From contig CAVNZM010000004.1 of assembly GCA_963693365.1 (NCBI GenBank), positions 8,159,093 through 8,223,092 on the forward strand: DNA of 64,000 nucleotides, read 5' to 3'. Origin of the DNA: Amoebidium appalachense. Taxonomy: Eukaryota; Protista; Ichthyosporea. The notes below the pieces were generated by a model that was not told where the DNA came from, did no database searches, and worked only from the letters and a program-made list of their open reading frames with translations. This document shows positions 25,879 to 39,479 of this stretch, piece after piece. Within the stretch, counting starts at the first letter, position 1. Every line of letters begins with the position of its first letter. Both the position numbers and the translations under genes were made by a program.

Positions 25879-26805
25879 TTGCAAGAGCCTGCAGACGTTT
25901 TTGCACACATCAGCGAATGGAAACTGGAAAACGTTACTCTGTCACAACAGAACGTCTGTAGTTTTTGCACCTCACGCCTATTAAAAGAGGAGAAATCCTC
26001 TTTCTGTTGTGGAAACGGAAAATGGGTGATCCCAACACTCCCCCCCCTCCCTTTACAGCTAACACAATTATACAGCACACCTGCTTTCACCAAAAAGGCA
26101 AGAGAATATAACAACATGTTTGCATTCACAGCCATGGGCTGGTCTCAAAGAACCGTTACACAGGCAGCTCCTTCATTTGTCAAGGTATGCGGCAGGTCAT
26201 ACCACAGGGTGCACGATTCAACTACCAGTCTTTCCAATATAAGGTACTATATCTATGAAGGTATACGGGCAGCAGTTGCTGCTGCAAGATCTCTGTCATC
26301 AGCTTTCATTTCACTCCTCGAAAGTGCTCTGTACCATTGCAACCCTATAGCATCTGAGTTCCGCTGACTAAGCCAAGCCTACCCAGACCAAGAAAACTTT
26401 CACGTAGCCTTTCAAAGCAATAACAGAAGAACTGCTACACCCCAGGCTCGCGAGATTGCAGCCTTATATGATATGGACCCAGTGCATGCAGGAAGACACG
26501 TAATATGGTTCCACCGATTCTCAAACCAACGTCCCGACTCGGAGCAAGTTCACTACCTAAATGAGCTATGTGAACCACTGCAATATCCTTTACTGTTTTT
26601 GCAAGGCACACCAGGTTGGAGCCTCAATACCTTTTCTACTTCAGGTAAAAAGGTTTCAGTCACAAAAGCAGCAAGACGACTACTGCACACTACCCACTTC
26701 CACAATGTTGGCAGGTTGATGTCTGAATGGGCCTGTGACCAATTTTCACGAGCAGAAGATGAAAGACTGGACTGGGTGAGAAGTAGACAATATATCCATA
26801 AATGA
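25879..26805 (+). pseudogene. Helitron RepHel N-terminal fragment
   Basis: CSFC..CCGNGK..LPPLP..REYNNMFAFTAMG..FVKVCGRSYHR and EPLQYPLLFLQGTPGW..GRLMSEWACDQFSRAEDERL match the Helitron N-terminal region; in-frame TGA at 26365-26367; no helicase follows. Confidence 0.85.
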
Positions 26806-26821
26806 TATATAGTATATGTAA

Positions 26822-26823
<2 letters not shown>

Positions 26824-26858
<35 letters not shown>
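26824..26858. repeat. (CA)n microsatellite
   Basis: Direct reading. Confidence 0.95.
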
Positions 26859-26866
<8 letters not shown>

Positions 26867-27685
26867 AAGAAGTTCCGGATCCTGTATATTAATTTCTGCG
26901 CCTGTCAGTGAAAGTCTGTCACCTACTGAGGTGACTCGTATTTTTCCTTACACACACAGCGAACACTGGACTCTCGGGACCGTCGAGCCGCCGCGAGAGA
27001 ATGCATGCACGCGGTCGCGAGAGTGTAAACATCTGTACACGCCGTACATGTTTACTATTACGAATATACTGTACATATCATAGTGATCACGTAGATATTG
27101 TGTACATATGATCAGATCAATATCACACGCGACAGCCGCGGGCTGCGGCTCACGACTGAGCCGCGGCGCCGGCAATATGCAGTGGCCGTGCAGTCAGTAT
27201 GAACCAATAGAATTCGAGAACCGCTAGGATAGGAATGCAAGTCTCATCCACTACGGAGGCGACATCTATAGCTAAACGAACGGAACCAATAAGGAAATCA
27301 GACCCAGTTGCATAAACCTAAACGGGCTTAAGTATTGACCAATCATTTGCCACAAAGTTATCCTTTTAGTTAGCTTCATGTTATTGGTGCACTGTGTGCA
27401 CATAAAGACGACCGCACTCTTCTGACTGGTCAGAAGTCACGAAGGCATCAATGCCACCCATCCAGATGATCCGGAACCTGGGGGCTATATAAACAAGCCG
27501 TCCCAGTACGGGGGATCACTCTGAACGAGCACATTAAATAGTAACCTGGCCGCGTGTGCCTTACTACCCGTTCTCTGTCTTTATTCTGATTCAGTTGTTC
27601 TCTGCCTTATCCCAACTAGTTCAACTGTTTACATTGGCGACCGCGCAGTTCCAGAATCTCACATCTTTCAAGAATCTCTTCAACC

Positions 27686-29690
27686 ATGGCGGGCGAATTT
27701 GACGACTACCCTGTACTCTCGGACAATGAAAGCAAACTGACACGTGACACCAAGAAGCCTACCGCAGTCAAACCGCCGCCCCCAACGCAGAAGAAAGCCA
27801 AGACTCCGGGGCAGGGCACGAAAACACTCCCCACCCCCTCCCCCTACACAGCCTCGTGCTCCCCAGAAACCGAACACGATCACAAAACCCAACACACACA
27901 CGAACACAAAGGCAACTACGAAGCCCACTGGCAACGAACAAACGAAGCCCAACGAAAGCACGAAACCCAAAGACAAAACGAAGCGCAACGAACACACGAA
28001 AACCAACGAACATACGAACACCAACGAACACACGAACACCAACAAACACACGAACGAACTTCAAGTAGCAACGAAGGAAAAAACGAAACAAGACCGGGAC
28101 ACTGCCACAGCTCTGGCAGAGGTGCGGGGCCGTGTTCTCTCCAAGTTCTATCGTATTGAAACTCTGAGACGTGCCATTCAAACTGCAATCGATGCTGGGC
28201 GGCCTGTGATGGACCTCGAAGCTGATGTCGCGCAGATTTACAGTGAGATTTCGCAGATGGAAGACACCACACTGTCTAGAATCATGTTGTGCACGTCCGC
28301 GAAATGGTCTGAGTTGGAGCGGGAAGCACAGTTGGTGGCTGAGGCACGTGTGAAAAATACGACGGTGCCCACCACCCCCCGTCCTCCCCCACCCACCACA
28401 GGCAAGAAGCCTTTGTCCCCGGTCCCATCTGGGTGCACTGATCCCAAGGTAATTGCACCTCCCGCACCCCCCACTAAATTTACATATAAGGATGTGCTTG
28501 CGCGCACACTCAGCTACACTGATTCTGATGCTGAAAATGAAGAAAAACACGAACAAAGTTACGAAGACACACCCACAAACGAAAACGAACACATGACTGC
28601 GAAAGTGCATGAAGAAGATCACTTCGACCAGCCTAAAGCACCCGTATTTAACGAAATCCCCCTTGCAGGATCCCCTCTGGCGTCTGCAGGTGGACTGGCA
28701 GGCACGCCAAGTCGCCCGAGAGGCTCTGATGTCAGCACAGGCTCAGGAGGTAAGGCTGGGTCTATATTGAACAAGCACTTTGCAGAGCACGAAAAACTGT
28801 GGTTGCACCCTCTCCGCCAGTTGCATGCATCCGAATACGGCCCCATCTTGGCTGCATTGAAACTACCAGAATACAAGGGTGACTTGCAGGATAAATGCAC
28901 GGTGATTGAATGGCTGCACGAATTTTCCCAGCAGATGTTTTGCATTGCAGGGGTCCCCCCCACACTTGCTGTTCGCTGGGCGGTGCAGTGCTTTCCTCTT
29001 GCTTCCCCCGCCCGTGTGTGGTACACGAATTTTACCAGGACACAGGGAGAACTCACGTTTGATGCATTTGCACATGCACTAGTTACGAAATTTCACGACC
29101 AGCGTGTGCAAGAGGCACTCAGTGCCGAATTAAATGCACTCAAACAAGGCAAGCAAAAGGTGGCCGAATTTGCAAGCAGGCATGCGCGTTTGTGGGCACG
29201 TGTGTACCCCCTTAAGTCTGAGGCACACCAAATTTTGGATTTGTCTCACCGATTGGGTGGGGAAGACGAACAAGAATTTCGCAAATATCAACTCAGACAA
29301 ACACGAAAAGAAGAAGAATTGACCCTGTCTGGAGTTGTTGCCTATCTCGCAGAAAAAGAAAGAGACAGGCACACACGAACCCCATCCACCATTCTAACAC
29401 AGAAACCCCCCACAAAACAGCAACCCGGTGGTGGATCTGGTGCCAGCGAGAAGCCGTCTATTTTTTCGCGCATGGGCACCACCCCCTGCAACCGTGGGTG
29501 CAAGTACGGCAGCCACGCCGAAGGCAAGACGTGCCCGGCCCTCAAATTCGAATGCCACTCCTGCAAGCAGAAGGGGCACTTTGGGGGGTCACCAATTTGC
29601 CCCAAGTACGACCCCAACTTTAAGAAGGGAACCCGCAAGGCAGAGATTGAGGCTAATCGGGCCAAGTTCAAGAGAGCACGTGTAGAATAG
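27686..29690 (+). CDS. Element E Gag (one frame break near C-runs at ~27830-27845)
   Basis: Retrotransposon gag core (LPEYKG..WL..ARVWY..FDAFAHALVTKF..LKQG) and knuckle CHSCKQKGHFGGSPIC; ATG just downstream of the PBS. Confidence 0.88.
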
Positions 29691-32600
29691 GAAGGCGGGC
29701 AAGGGACTGGTCTCTCCCCAGTAGAACATAATGTATTTGATTTAATAGCAGAGCTGGAACTGTGTTCCCCTCTGGCAGATAAATTGCAAAATAAATCTAC
29801 TGGTGCGGAAATTTCTGTTGTCTCGGAGCCCTCCCACGAATCTGCATGTGCCCCACCCCCCCACGAACAGTTACCCCCGTGTACTGACCCCCCCATGCAC
29901 ACGCACACCCCGCCCCCGCGCAAAAAGAAAAATGTGCATTTTGCTGACCGTGTGCACTCCTCCATTGCAGAACCACGGCATGAAAATGCCACTGTGTGCA
30001 CATTAACCCACGAAAATAAATGCACAGCCACACTTGCGCGAATGTATGTGCATGGGAAGCTAGTCACAGTAGTTGTCGACTCTGGTGCTAGCCATAGCTG
30101 TATAAGCACAGCATTTTACGAATCTCTCCCTGTAGTGGCAAGAAAACGAATTCAGCATGTTCCTAATTTTAGTGTACTGGATGCACAAAGTAACGAAATG
30201 ACATGCCAAGGAAGTATATCTCTCACTCTCGCCATTCCCAACGAATCTGCTCTAGTGGTGCACAGATGGCATGTGATTGATAATCTACCATATGATGCCT
30301 TATTAGGTGTTGATTTCATGGGGCCACAACAGGGACGAATTGATTACGGTGCTGCAGAACTTTCGTTCATGTATGCTAAGGGAAATCGCAGGTGCAGTAT
30401 TCCGGTGTGGTGGTTGCGTGGGAGTGCGGAGGAGACAGCTGTTTCTCGCGTATTAATTACCACCACAGGTATTCACCTCCCGGTAGATGCGTCAAATATC
30501 GCAACGTGTAAAATAAAACTCGCTGCCGGCGCACCACCACCACGAACTTTAGACTGTTGTATGGGCACAGTGGTTCCATGTGGTCCACTTAATTCACGGG
30601 CTTACACAACAGCATGCAGTGTCACCAGTTTAGCTCGAATTTCGAATAACGAACCCCCCCCTCTCCACTAGCGAAGAAAGTGTGATCGAGGACGAATACG
30701 AATGCAAGGTGTTGTTGACTAACACATCGGACCATCATGTGTACCTAGGCCCTGGTACGGAGGTGGCCATGTTTATTCCCTTGCAATCAGATGACACTGT
30801 TACTCTTTTAGCACGTCCACACTCCGGTAATGGAACCAGGAGGGCGACAACCCCACACCCTGGCCATCCATTAGGTACCTCTGCTAAAACGAACTTTTCT
30901 TCGCAGGAATCACCCGAAGAACCCACCGAACACGAACCACACACTTTCCAGGCGGCTACTAATATTAACGGTAGTATTAAGGTGTGTGAACGGAGTAAAA
31001 TTATGAATATGAGTACGAAAGAGAACACCACACAGCGCAGTTCCACGAAAATGAATGGTTTTGGTAATCCAGCACGAACAAAACCAGAGGTAGGGCCACC
31101 TACTATCGAAGCAGCAGATGGGGCACCATCTACCACTGCACTGGAGGATACGAATAATTTACGAAAGCGTACGCACGAATGTACCTCCGACGGGGAAGCC
31201 GCCACAGACGACGACTTGCCTTTTGGGGTCAAACCTCCAGAAGAATACGACATGCCTGGAACTCCCCCAGACCAACGGAAACCGTTGGCGAAACGGATAC
31301 GAAAACTGCTTAAGAAATGGAAGCATGTGTTCTCTGCACACGACAACGACTTTGGTTTGAGTACCTTAGACGAACTGTCGATCGAAGTAACTACCACCAT
31401 ACCACAGTACCGCAGGCCCTATAACATCCCACATCACCTTCGCGATAGCCTACACAAACAAATTCAAAATTGGGTAGAGTTTGGAGTGATTGAGCCTGCG
31501 TCCAGCCCTTACTCCGCTCCGATGGTGTTGGTGGCGAAAAAGGACGGGTCTTTAAGAGTCTGCATTGATTTTAGAATGCTGAACTTGATTACGAAGAAAG
31601 ACGGTTACCCTTTACCACGAATTGACATGGCTCTGGGTATGCTCAGAGGTGCCCGCGTGTTTTCCGCACTTGATTTAAACGGTGGTTACCACCAAGTCAA
31701 AGTAGCCGATAACGACAAAGAAAAACTTGCATTTACCACCCCCTGGGGGCAGTATCAATTCGCACGCGCACCTTTTGGAGTAAGTAACATGCCTGCTGTC
31801 TTTTCAAGGATGATGAACCGTGTATTCGCTGGTATGCTGTGGACACATGTACTCATATATCTCGATGATATATTAGTTATGTCACCCACTATCGAAGAAC
31901 ATTTTGGGCATTTAGATTCATGTTTTTCCCGGCTCTGTGATGCAGGATTAAAACTGAAAGGCAGAAAATGCTCTTTGTTCATGGAAGAAGTTGGCTATTT
32001 AGGCCATCGCGTATGCCCGGATGGTATTAAGGTAGACCCAGAAAAAGTGGCAGCAATAAAGAATAAAAGCTACCCACAAAATTTATCTGAGCTACGAAGT
32101 GACCTCGGGTTATTTTCATATTATCGAATATTTGTGGACGATTTCAGCCATACGGCTGAACCACTCACGCGAATGCTGGGCACCTCGAAGGAGGATTCAG
32201 AATTACTAAAACGAATTCACGCAAAAATGCCCCCCTCTACGAAACCCGCCAAACGCAACGGCAGCGCAAAACAACGAAAAGACGAAGCAAAAAATTTGCA
32301 CGCCGATTCTGCAGCTATTTTGGCCACGAAAAAGAAAGCACAGAAAAATGCTGCATGGGTGTGGGGTACGGAACAGGAGAAAGCATACGATACCCTTAAG
32401 AATGCGTTAATTAATGCACCTGTGCTTGCTCACCCCGATTTCACCAAACCTTTTATTGTTGACTCAGATGCTTCACAGTATGCTCTGGGCGCAGTGATTT
32501 CGCAGGTAGGTGATGACGGCAAAGAACGACCCATAGCTTATGCTAGCAGAACACTCTCTAAGAGTGAACGAAATTATGCGGCGAATAAAAGGGAAGCCTT

Positions 32601-34593
32601 AGGTGTGTATTGGGCTGTGTGCAAAGCATTTCGCGCTTACACCTATGGGGCTCCTTTCTTGTTACGAACCGACCACTCCAGCTTGACGCGCATTCTGTCT
32701 ACCGGCGATGCACCGGAACCTGTTGTTGCAGGCTGGCAAATGGCGCTTTCCGCATACACATACGAAATTCAGCACAGGGCGGGCAAACACCACAGCAATG
32801 CTGATGGACTCTCTCGGCCATCTAAAGAAAATGCGCAACCAGGACCCGAAGATACTGAGCTGACATACCCCTCACTGATCGGCACAGTCTCGGGCTCGTC
32901 CACGGTGTTTGCGGTAACACGCTCCGCCGCAGCGACAGCGCAGGCACAAGCTGCCACCCACCCACCCCCAGCTGAACCCACGAAACCTAATACCACGCCG
33001 CCAGAATTTATTCCCCCAAAAGCGGATGGACGAATGCCCACCTATGAACAGTATGTGTCAGCACAGAAGGCTGATAAACACATTGCGAAAGTCAGGGCCT
33101 ACCTGGAAAAAGCACCGGGCTACGAATTATTTGGCAACGAAATCGCGATGGAAGCTAGTCGCTGCACCATAGACAATGACCTTGTGTATGTGTGGGTCCT
33201 AGAACAGCGTGGCCCCCGCAAACCCAGCAAGGAACCACGAATTTGGGTGCCGTCTACGCTTGTGCGCCTCGTTTTGGCCGCATGTCACGACGCCCCAACC
33301 GCAGGTCACCTCGACGCAGCACGCACCTTCCACCGTGTTACCCAGATAGCATGGTGGCCACGTGTATGGCAAGACTCGGTGCAGTGGGTAACCACATGCA
33401 AAGCCTGTCAATACCGGAAGACACCCCGAATGCAAAAGAAACTACGAATTCACGATGGTTTTATCCCCACCTATCCCTTTCAATACGTGTCTATGGACAT
33501 TACTGAGATGCCTACGAAATCTGATCTCAGAGTTTCCCTGTTGGTGTTTCTCGACCTCTTCACTCGCTGGCCGGAAGTGATTTTATTTCACAAAACACCC
33601 ACAGCCGAAGATGTGGCAAAGGCATTCGAAGACTCCATCTACTGCCGTCACGGTCGTCCGGAATTTTTAGTATCAGACAACGGCGCGAATTTGGCAGCTA
33701 TGTTGGTCACAGATGTCTGTCGAGTGTTGGCTACAAAACGAATTTTTGCAAGTCCCTACAGCCCCCAGACCAATGGTGCCGTAGAGCGATTCAATCGCAC
33801 ACTTAAGAATATTCTTGCCACTCTCGTGCAGGATAAACACCACGAATGGATTGACTACTTACCGCAAGTACTGTTTTCCTACCGCACCGCCTACCACTCT
33901 TCCTTGGGGGACACGCCATTCTTCATGCTTTATGGCAGAGATCCGGTCGAGCCCCCCCGCCCCCCAATTGCGGCTTCATGTGGGATGGAGACGGAGGAAT
34001 ACCGTCGAGAACTACTGCAACGAGTGCAGTATGCCCGGCAAACAGTCACACGAATTATGTCTGAAGCTGCCCGTCGTAGTAAAATCACGGCTAACAAAAA
34101 TGCTCGTGAACCCACAGAACTCGAGGGTCTGGTGTTGAAAGCAGTCACAGACTCCACCACCGACCACAGTCTACCCACGGCACTCAGACCTAAATGGGAA
34201 GGTCCGTATCGCGTCCTGCGGCGCGTTACCGACGCCCCCATGTCTTACGAAATTCAGCGGGTTGGGTCAACGGACACCGTTCGAGCACACGCACGTCACT
34301 TGAAGCCGTATTTTCCCCGTGACGACGTTGATATGACGCCAGCCGACTCTGGTCCGCAAGATTCACCCACCCCCACCTTCGAAGTGGCAAAAATTATTGC
34401 CCACAAGTACGACTCGGCAACTGCCCAAGCCCTTTACAAAGTTCGTTGGAAAGGGTACACGGCTAAGAACGACACCTGGGAACCTCACTCCGGCCTGCAA
34501 GACACAGCCGCAGGAGCACTCACAGACTACCTAGGTACTTTGGTGGCCGGCCCTGCCAGCCAGCCCGCACGAAAGAAGCGCCGACGTCGCTAA
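29691..34593 (+). CDS. Element E Pol: protease, RT, RNase H, integrase, chromodomain (frame break at C-run ~30655)
   Basis: VVDSGASHS; LRVCIDFRMLN, LDLNGGYHQ, YLDD; VDSDAS..AYASR..REALGV..TDH; HHCC zinc motif, SMD..SDNG..PQTNGAVERFNRTL, GPY; FEVAKII..YKVRWKGY..DTWEP. Confidence 0.95.
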
Positions 34594-37206
34594 CTTCCCT
34601 CAGCCTGGTGGTTTACCGTCTCCAGACCATACCACCAGGCTCCCGAGAAGGGGGGGAGTGTAAACATCTGTACACGCCGTACATGTTTACTATTACGAAT
34701 ATACTGTACATATCATAGTGATCACGTAGATATTGTGTACATATGATCAGATCAATATCACACGCGACAGCCGCGGGCTGCGGCTCACGACTGAGCCGCG
34801 GCGCCGGCAATATGCAGTGGCCGTGCAGTCAGTATGAACCAATAGAATTCGAGAACCGCTAGGATAGGAATGCAAGTCTCATCCACTACGGAGGCGACAT
34901 CTATAGCTAAACGAACGGAACCAATAAGGAAATCAGACCCAGTTGCATAAACCTAAACGGGCTTAAGTATTGACCAATCATTTGCCACAAAGTTATCCTT
35001 TTAGTTAGCTTCATGTTATTGGTGCACTGTGTGCACATAAAGACGACCGCACTCTTCTGACTGGTCAGAAGTCACGAAGGCATCAATGCCACCCATCCAG
35101 ATGATCCGGAACCTGGGGGCTATATAAACAAGCCGTCCCAGTACGGGGGATCACTCTGAACGAGCACATTAAATAGTAACCTGGCCGCGTGTGCCTTACT
35201 ACCCGTTCTCTGTCTTTATTCTGATTCAGTTGTTCTCTGCCTTATCCCAACTAGTTCAACTGTTTTAGGCGGGAATTTAGACCAATCTTGATTTTTTTAA
35301 GGTAGCAAATGCAATTCTGCTGTGACCCCACCCAGGGAGTCTATCATGGTACCTTCATAACGCCCTGCAGATCATCCAAAGACTTTTGGGAACCCCAAAT
35401 GCCATTGATAATATTTTTCTTTTGACTCGAAAAATACGACCAAAAGAAAAACTTGTACCTTTCTTTTTATCCAAATAATTACGAATATAACCAGATCAAC
35501 GCTTCAAAAGTTTACAAAAATACATTTGAATGCATCTCCTGCATCTAGAAAGCTGCAAGTGGATTTCTATTTACATTGCTTCACAGGATGTAATATCGGA
35601 ACCTAACTAATAGGTTCCCCCCCGACTCCGGATTGTTAGGAATTTGTTAATTATTCCAGCCAATCGCAAGCAGCGAGTCCCATCCACCGGAGAATAACAA
35701 ACTCGTTGGAATTTTATGAGTTCAACTTGGGCCACTGTAGTACTCAATCGCTTAAGAAATGGCATAGAACACAAGTCATAAAATGTCCTCTTTGTTTCTT
35801 TACTAAACTACCTACATACAGGGCTTGATATCGGTTTTCTGTAGAGGTGCACCGGGTCGTACCCGAATTAATCGTGCAGTAGTGCAGATGCCACGTGGAT
35901 GAGCAGCAAAAGACCTTGGAATGGGTTTAGGGCTGTTTCCTACATTTTCTTGGGGATAAATACCTTTTCTAACCAATCACGGTCATCAAAAATGTAGAAA
36001 AAGCTCTTGCGATTGGCTTGGATAGCTGAAGTTAGACAACCCTATAGCCAACCAAAGCATGAAAACCGTTTGGCAAACGAAGGCTTTAGTTTTCATCAGG
36101 CTTTTCAATTTATAGATAAATAATAAGAATATGTACGGTTAGATTCTCTTTTTCTGAAGGGCTGAAATGGAATCTCATGCTCAGTGGAAAAAGGACAACC
36201 ACAGTTTCAGCAGCATTGAGCAGCGTTTTTGAGTGAATCACAAATGTCACTAAGGGGACCAATGGGGTGGTAGGTTATAGAAAGTCATGACCTATAGTCA
36301 ATCAACATTCAACACTTTTGACAACCTATGTAACGACATTGTGTGAGATGCGCTACCATAAGATTTACACATGGAAACACGTTTAACAAGGACGAAAATG
36401 TGCTAAAACAGGTTTAAATTGCATTTGGGAATATAGAACCCGATAATTCACAAGTACTTCACTAATGCCGCCACAACTGCTTCAACCTGCATAGAACACA
36501 AGTTGATGCCTGGTAACCAATCAAAAATGCCGTGAACTACGGTGGTTGGTCACATAGCACACCCTGGTCATTCACAGTCCATCAGTTTCAGTGCCGGCAA
36601 AACATTACATTGGAACGCGGTCAATGATTGCCTAACGGCTTTCGGGATCGATTTGTCGAAATCACGATATGTAAACAATGCGTACGTGCATAGCTGTACA
36701 TCCTCGGCAAGAGTGTTTTGTTTTCGGGGTCTATTTCACAGAAGTAGAAAATGATTTCAAAAATTTATCAGCTAGGGTAAAAGAATAATAGATTGCAGCC
36801 AGGCTTCGAAATTCAGGGATCGATAGCAGGGCCGTCAGCTAGCGTGTGCGTGCATACGGCACAGGGCTGGTTCAACTTGGCTTCCTGATGCTATATAGAA
36901 TTAATTGGCCAAATGTCATGCACTGGCCGGTCACCTCCCTTACTGTACAATTTTTCCGTAGCGTGCCAGTTATCAGCGCTTGCCGCCGGAGGTTCACTTC
37001 ACCTCAGTGTGGCTTTCAGGAGGGGTTCTTCGTTTCCGGGCCCTTTCTTTCGTTCCTTCTTCTCCATAGCGCTCACGTTTTTTCCACACGCTTTTCGTAA
37101 TTTTCATATAGGATAGTTCGCCCACAGCCCAGACAAGCCCCCGTTGTCTGGTTTAGGCTGTGGTGCGGGCAGAACGGGTTCTAATTTGTACGAGCGCACC
37201 GCCAAC

Positions 37207-39416
37207 ATGGTGTGCCTCGTTGGACTCGTCCTGGCCCTGTGGCTGGGCTTGGCCCAGGCCCAGACTTGCGGCCCAAATATAGTTAGAAAGATGATCCAGT
37301 TGGTTCCAAGCACAAATCCTCCCATAGAGCGTTGCTTGACCAGAGGAGAACTCATTAGCGGCGACACATACTCCGTTACACTCGGCTCTTGCAAGTAGGT
37401 GGCCGGTTGCCTGTTGTGTGCTCCACAAAAACACCTTTTTTTCTTGCGGGGCTTAGGGAAAGTCAGAAATGCATAAGTGAAAAGATGCAAGGATAGGATC
37501 AACATCACACGGTTCACATGTGGCACACACATTGTAAGCGGATCGTAAAAAGGTTGAATTAGATGGGAGGGAAAAGGGATCTGGGGAAGTTGTAGTGGGG
37601 TAATATAGCGTTACACGCTCCTTCATGGTGGTGGTGGTGTTGGCGGTGGTGTTAGTGTATATGTGAATGTGACTGAAGGAAAATGGGGCGTTAATGCAGG
37701 TTCTTAGTCTGTCCTCTGTTTTTTTGGATCTCCCCTCCCCCCCAACCCTCCCCCTCCCCCCTCCACTCTTTCCCCCCGTGCCCCTCAATGGCTGGTTTAA
37801 GTTTTTAAAGTTTTGAGCAAAAATCACCCGTTCAAATCACACCTACTACTTCTCTGTGTGGCTGACTAGCTGGTGTGGCTGGCAGAACCCCAAAAAATGC
37901 AGCCCTGATAGCTGGTTTCGATGACTAGGATTATTCTTCCCCGAGTGGGTTCTCCTTTTGCATTTATAGAACCAACTCCTGTGTTGCTTATGTTTACTTT
38001 TACTCACAATCTACCGTTGTTGAAGCCACTAATCTGAGTTCTGAGGGTTTTGTTCAAGCTAACGGGCCCTTCTTACCCAGGCCGAAGCGAAATGGTCTTG
38101 TCATCAAAGTAGCCATTGAGAACGGCTACTGGAAGACGAAAAATGGGCAGTGTCTAGGCCGTGTCCAGGACCAGCTTACACTTGGCCCATGTAATAGCGA
38201 GGCGAAGAAGTTTGTATGGGTGGCAAACACAGCCATCAGGGATCCAGGTTTGTCTCCCTAACCCCTTCTTCCACCCTCCAAAAAAGAAGAGTATTTTTAT
38301 CCCCTCTTCTTCCCCCCCCTCCCCCCTCCTCCCCCCTTCCCCCTTCCGCCCTGGGCTCCCCTTCCCCTCTGGGAGCTCAATAAAAATAACAATGATAAAT
38401 AGTGGAGGGAAAGGACGTAGAATGCCAGAAAGAAACTACCAAGTGACCCGTTCACACGTTTTTGGTCCCTTATTTTTGCGGGCTCTCCTTGACATTTCAG
38501 TTGTAATCATTGTTTAGTAACTTGTTGTTAGTACACGTTTCTTCAAGAGACTCTGTCTCGTACTCGTCTCACTACCTGTTATTTTCGGCTGTTGGTCACT
38601 GTGGGAGCACATAGCTAGGTCTTGAGCTCGGAAGGTTAACGTTGTAGAATTGAACAGTGTCAGTGTTGTTCATGGGTGGATGCGCAAGTTTGTCGTGCGC
38701 TTGGGTACTTGTATGAGTGGGATGGTGATGGTTGTAGGTATGTGTATGTGTGTGGTGCTTGTGGTTTTCTTGTGTGTGCGTGCTCTTGTACTTGCGTGCT
38801 GGACACATATTTGTTTCACCTTTTCATATCCGTCCTCTTGTTGGGGTGTACGTGAATGTGTTTGTGCACTCGGGAACGGGCATTCATGAGTGCATGTTTT
38901 TCGCTGTTACTTGGTGTGAAGCGTTTGACACAAGTGGATAACTGGTGGTTTGTCGTACATGTGATATATGTAAAGATGCAAACCTGCATGGGCCTGTGTT
39001 TTGTATGTGAGACGAGAGTGTTATGTCTCGTGTTTACCTGTATCTGTACATTCGTTTTTGGATGTGTATGTGGAGCTTTTGGTGCCTGCGCACACTGACA
39101 AGTTTTCTTTTGTGCCCATCTAAAAGAATTATAACTGTTATTGCGAAATTATGCCAAGGCTAATCACCCGGAGTGTTTTATTCTCCTCTTCCTTCCATCT
39201 TCTCTTGCCCGTAGTCATCTGTAGATTAAAAGCTTGTCCCATTCTCTACGTGCGCACACTCTGGTATGGAAAAAACATTTGAAAGTCTGAAACTTTGTGG
39301 CATATTGCACATGGTGTTCGTGTGGGTGCCAGTTAGCTATGCAGTTTTGTGGGATTCATCTGCGTTTTATGTGTGTTGTGCGGGCATTCGTGCACGCCTG
39401 CCTACCTCCCTTCGTG

Positions 39417-39479
<63 letters not shown>

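Larger units (their letters stand above)
27024..35265 (+). mobile_element. Element E: full-length Ty3/gypsy LTR retrotransposon with chromodomain
   Basis: LTRs 27024-27633 (610 bp) and 34659-35265 (last 3 nt missing) appear identical; PBS TGGCGACCGCGCAG; PPT GAGAAGGGGGGGAG. Confidence 0.96.

Noticed and set aside
15105-30665. Programmed frameshifts at ~15110, ~16930, ~27835 and ~30655
   Set aside because: All lie at or near C-homopolymers in otherwise intact elements; sequencing error or slippage is more likely.
35266-36800. DNA transposon or Helitron end starting at TAGGCGGG
   Set aside because: No matching inverted terminus, TSD, terminal hairpin or transposase motif was found.
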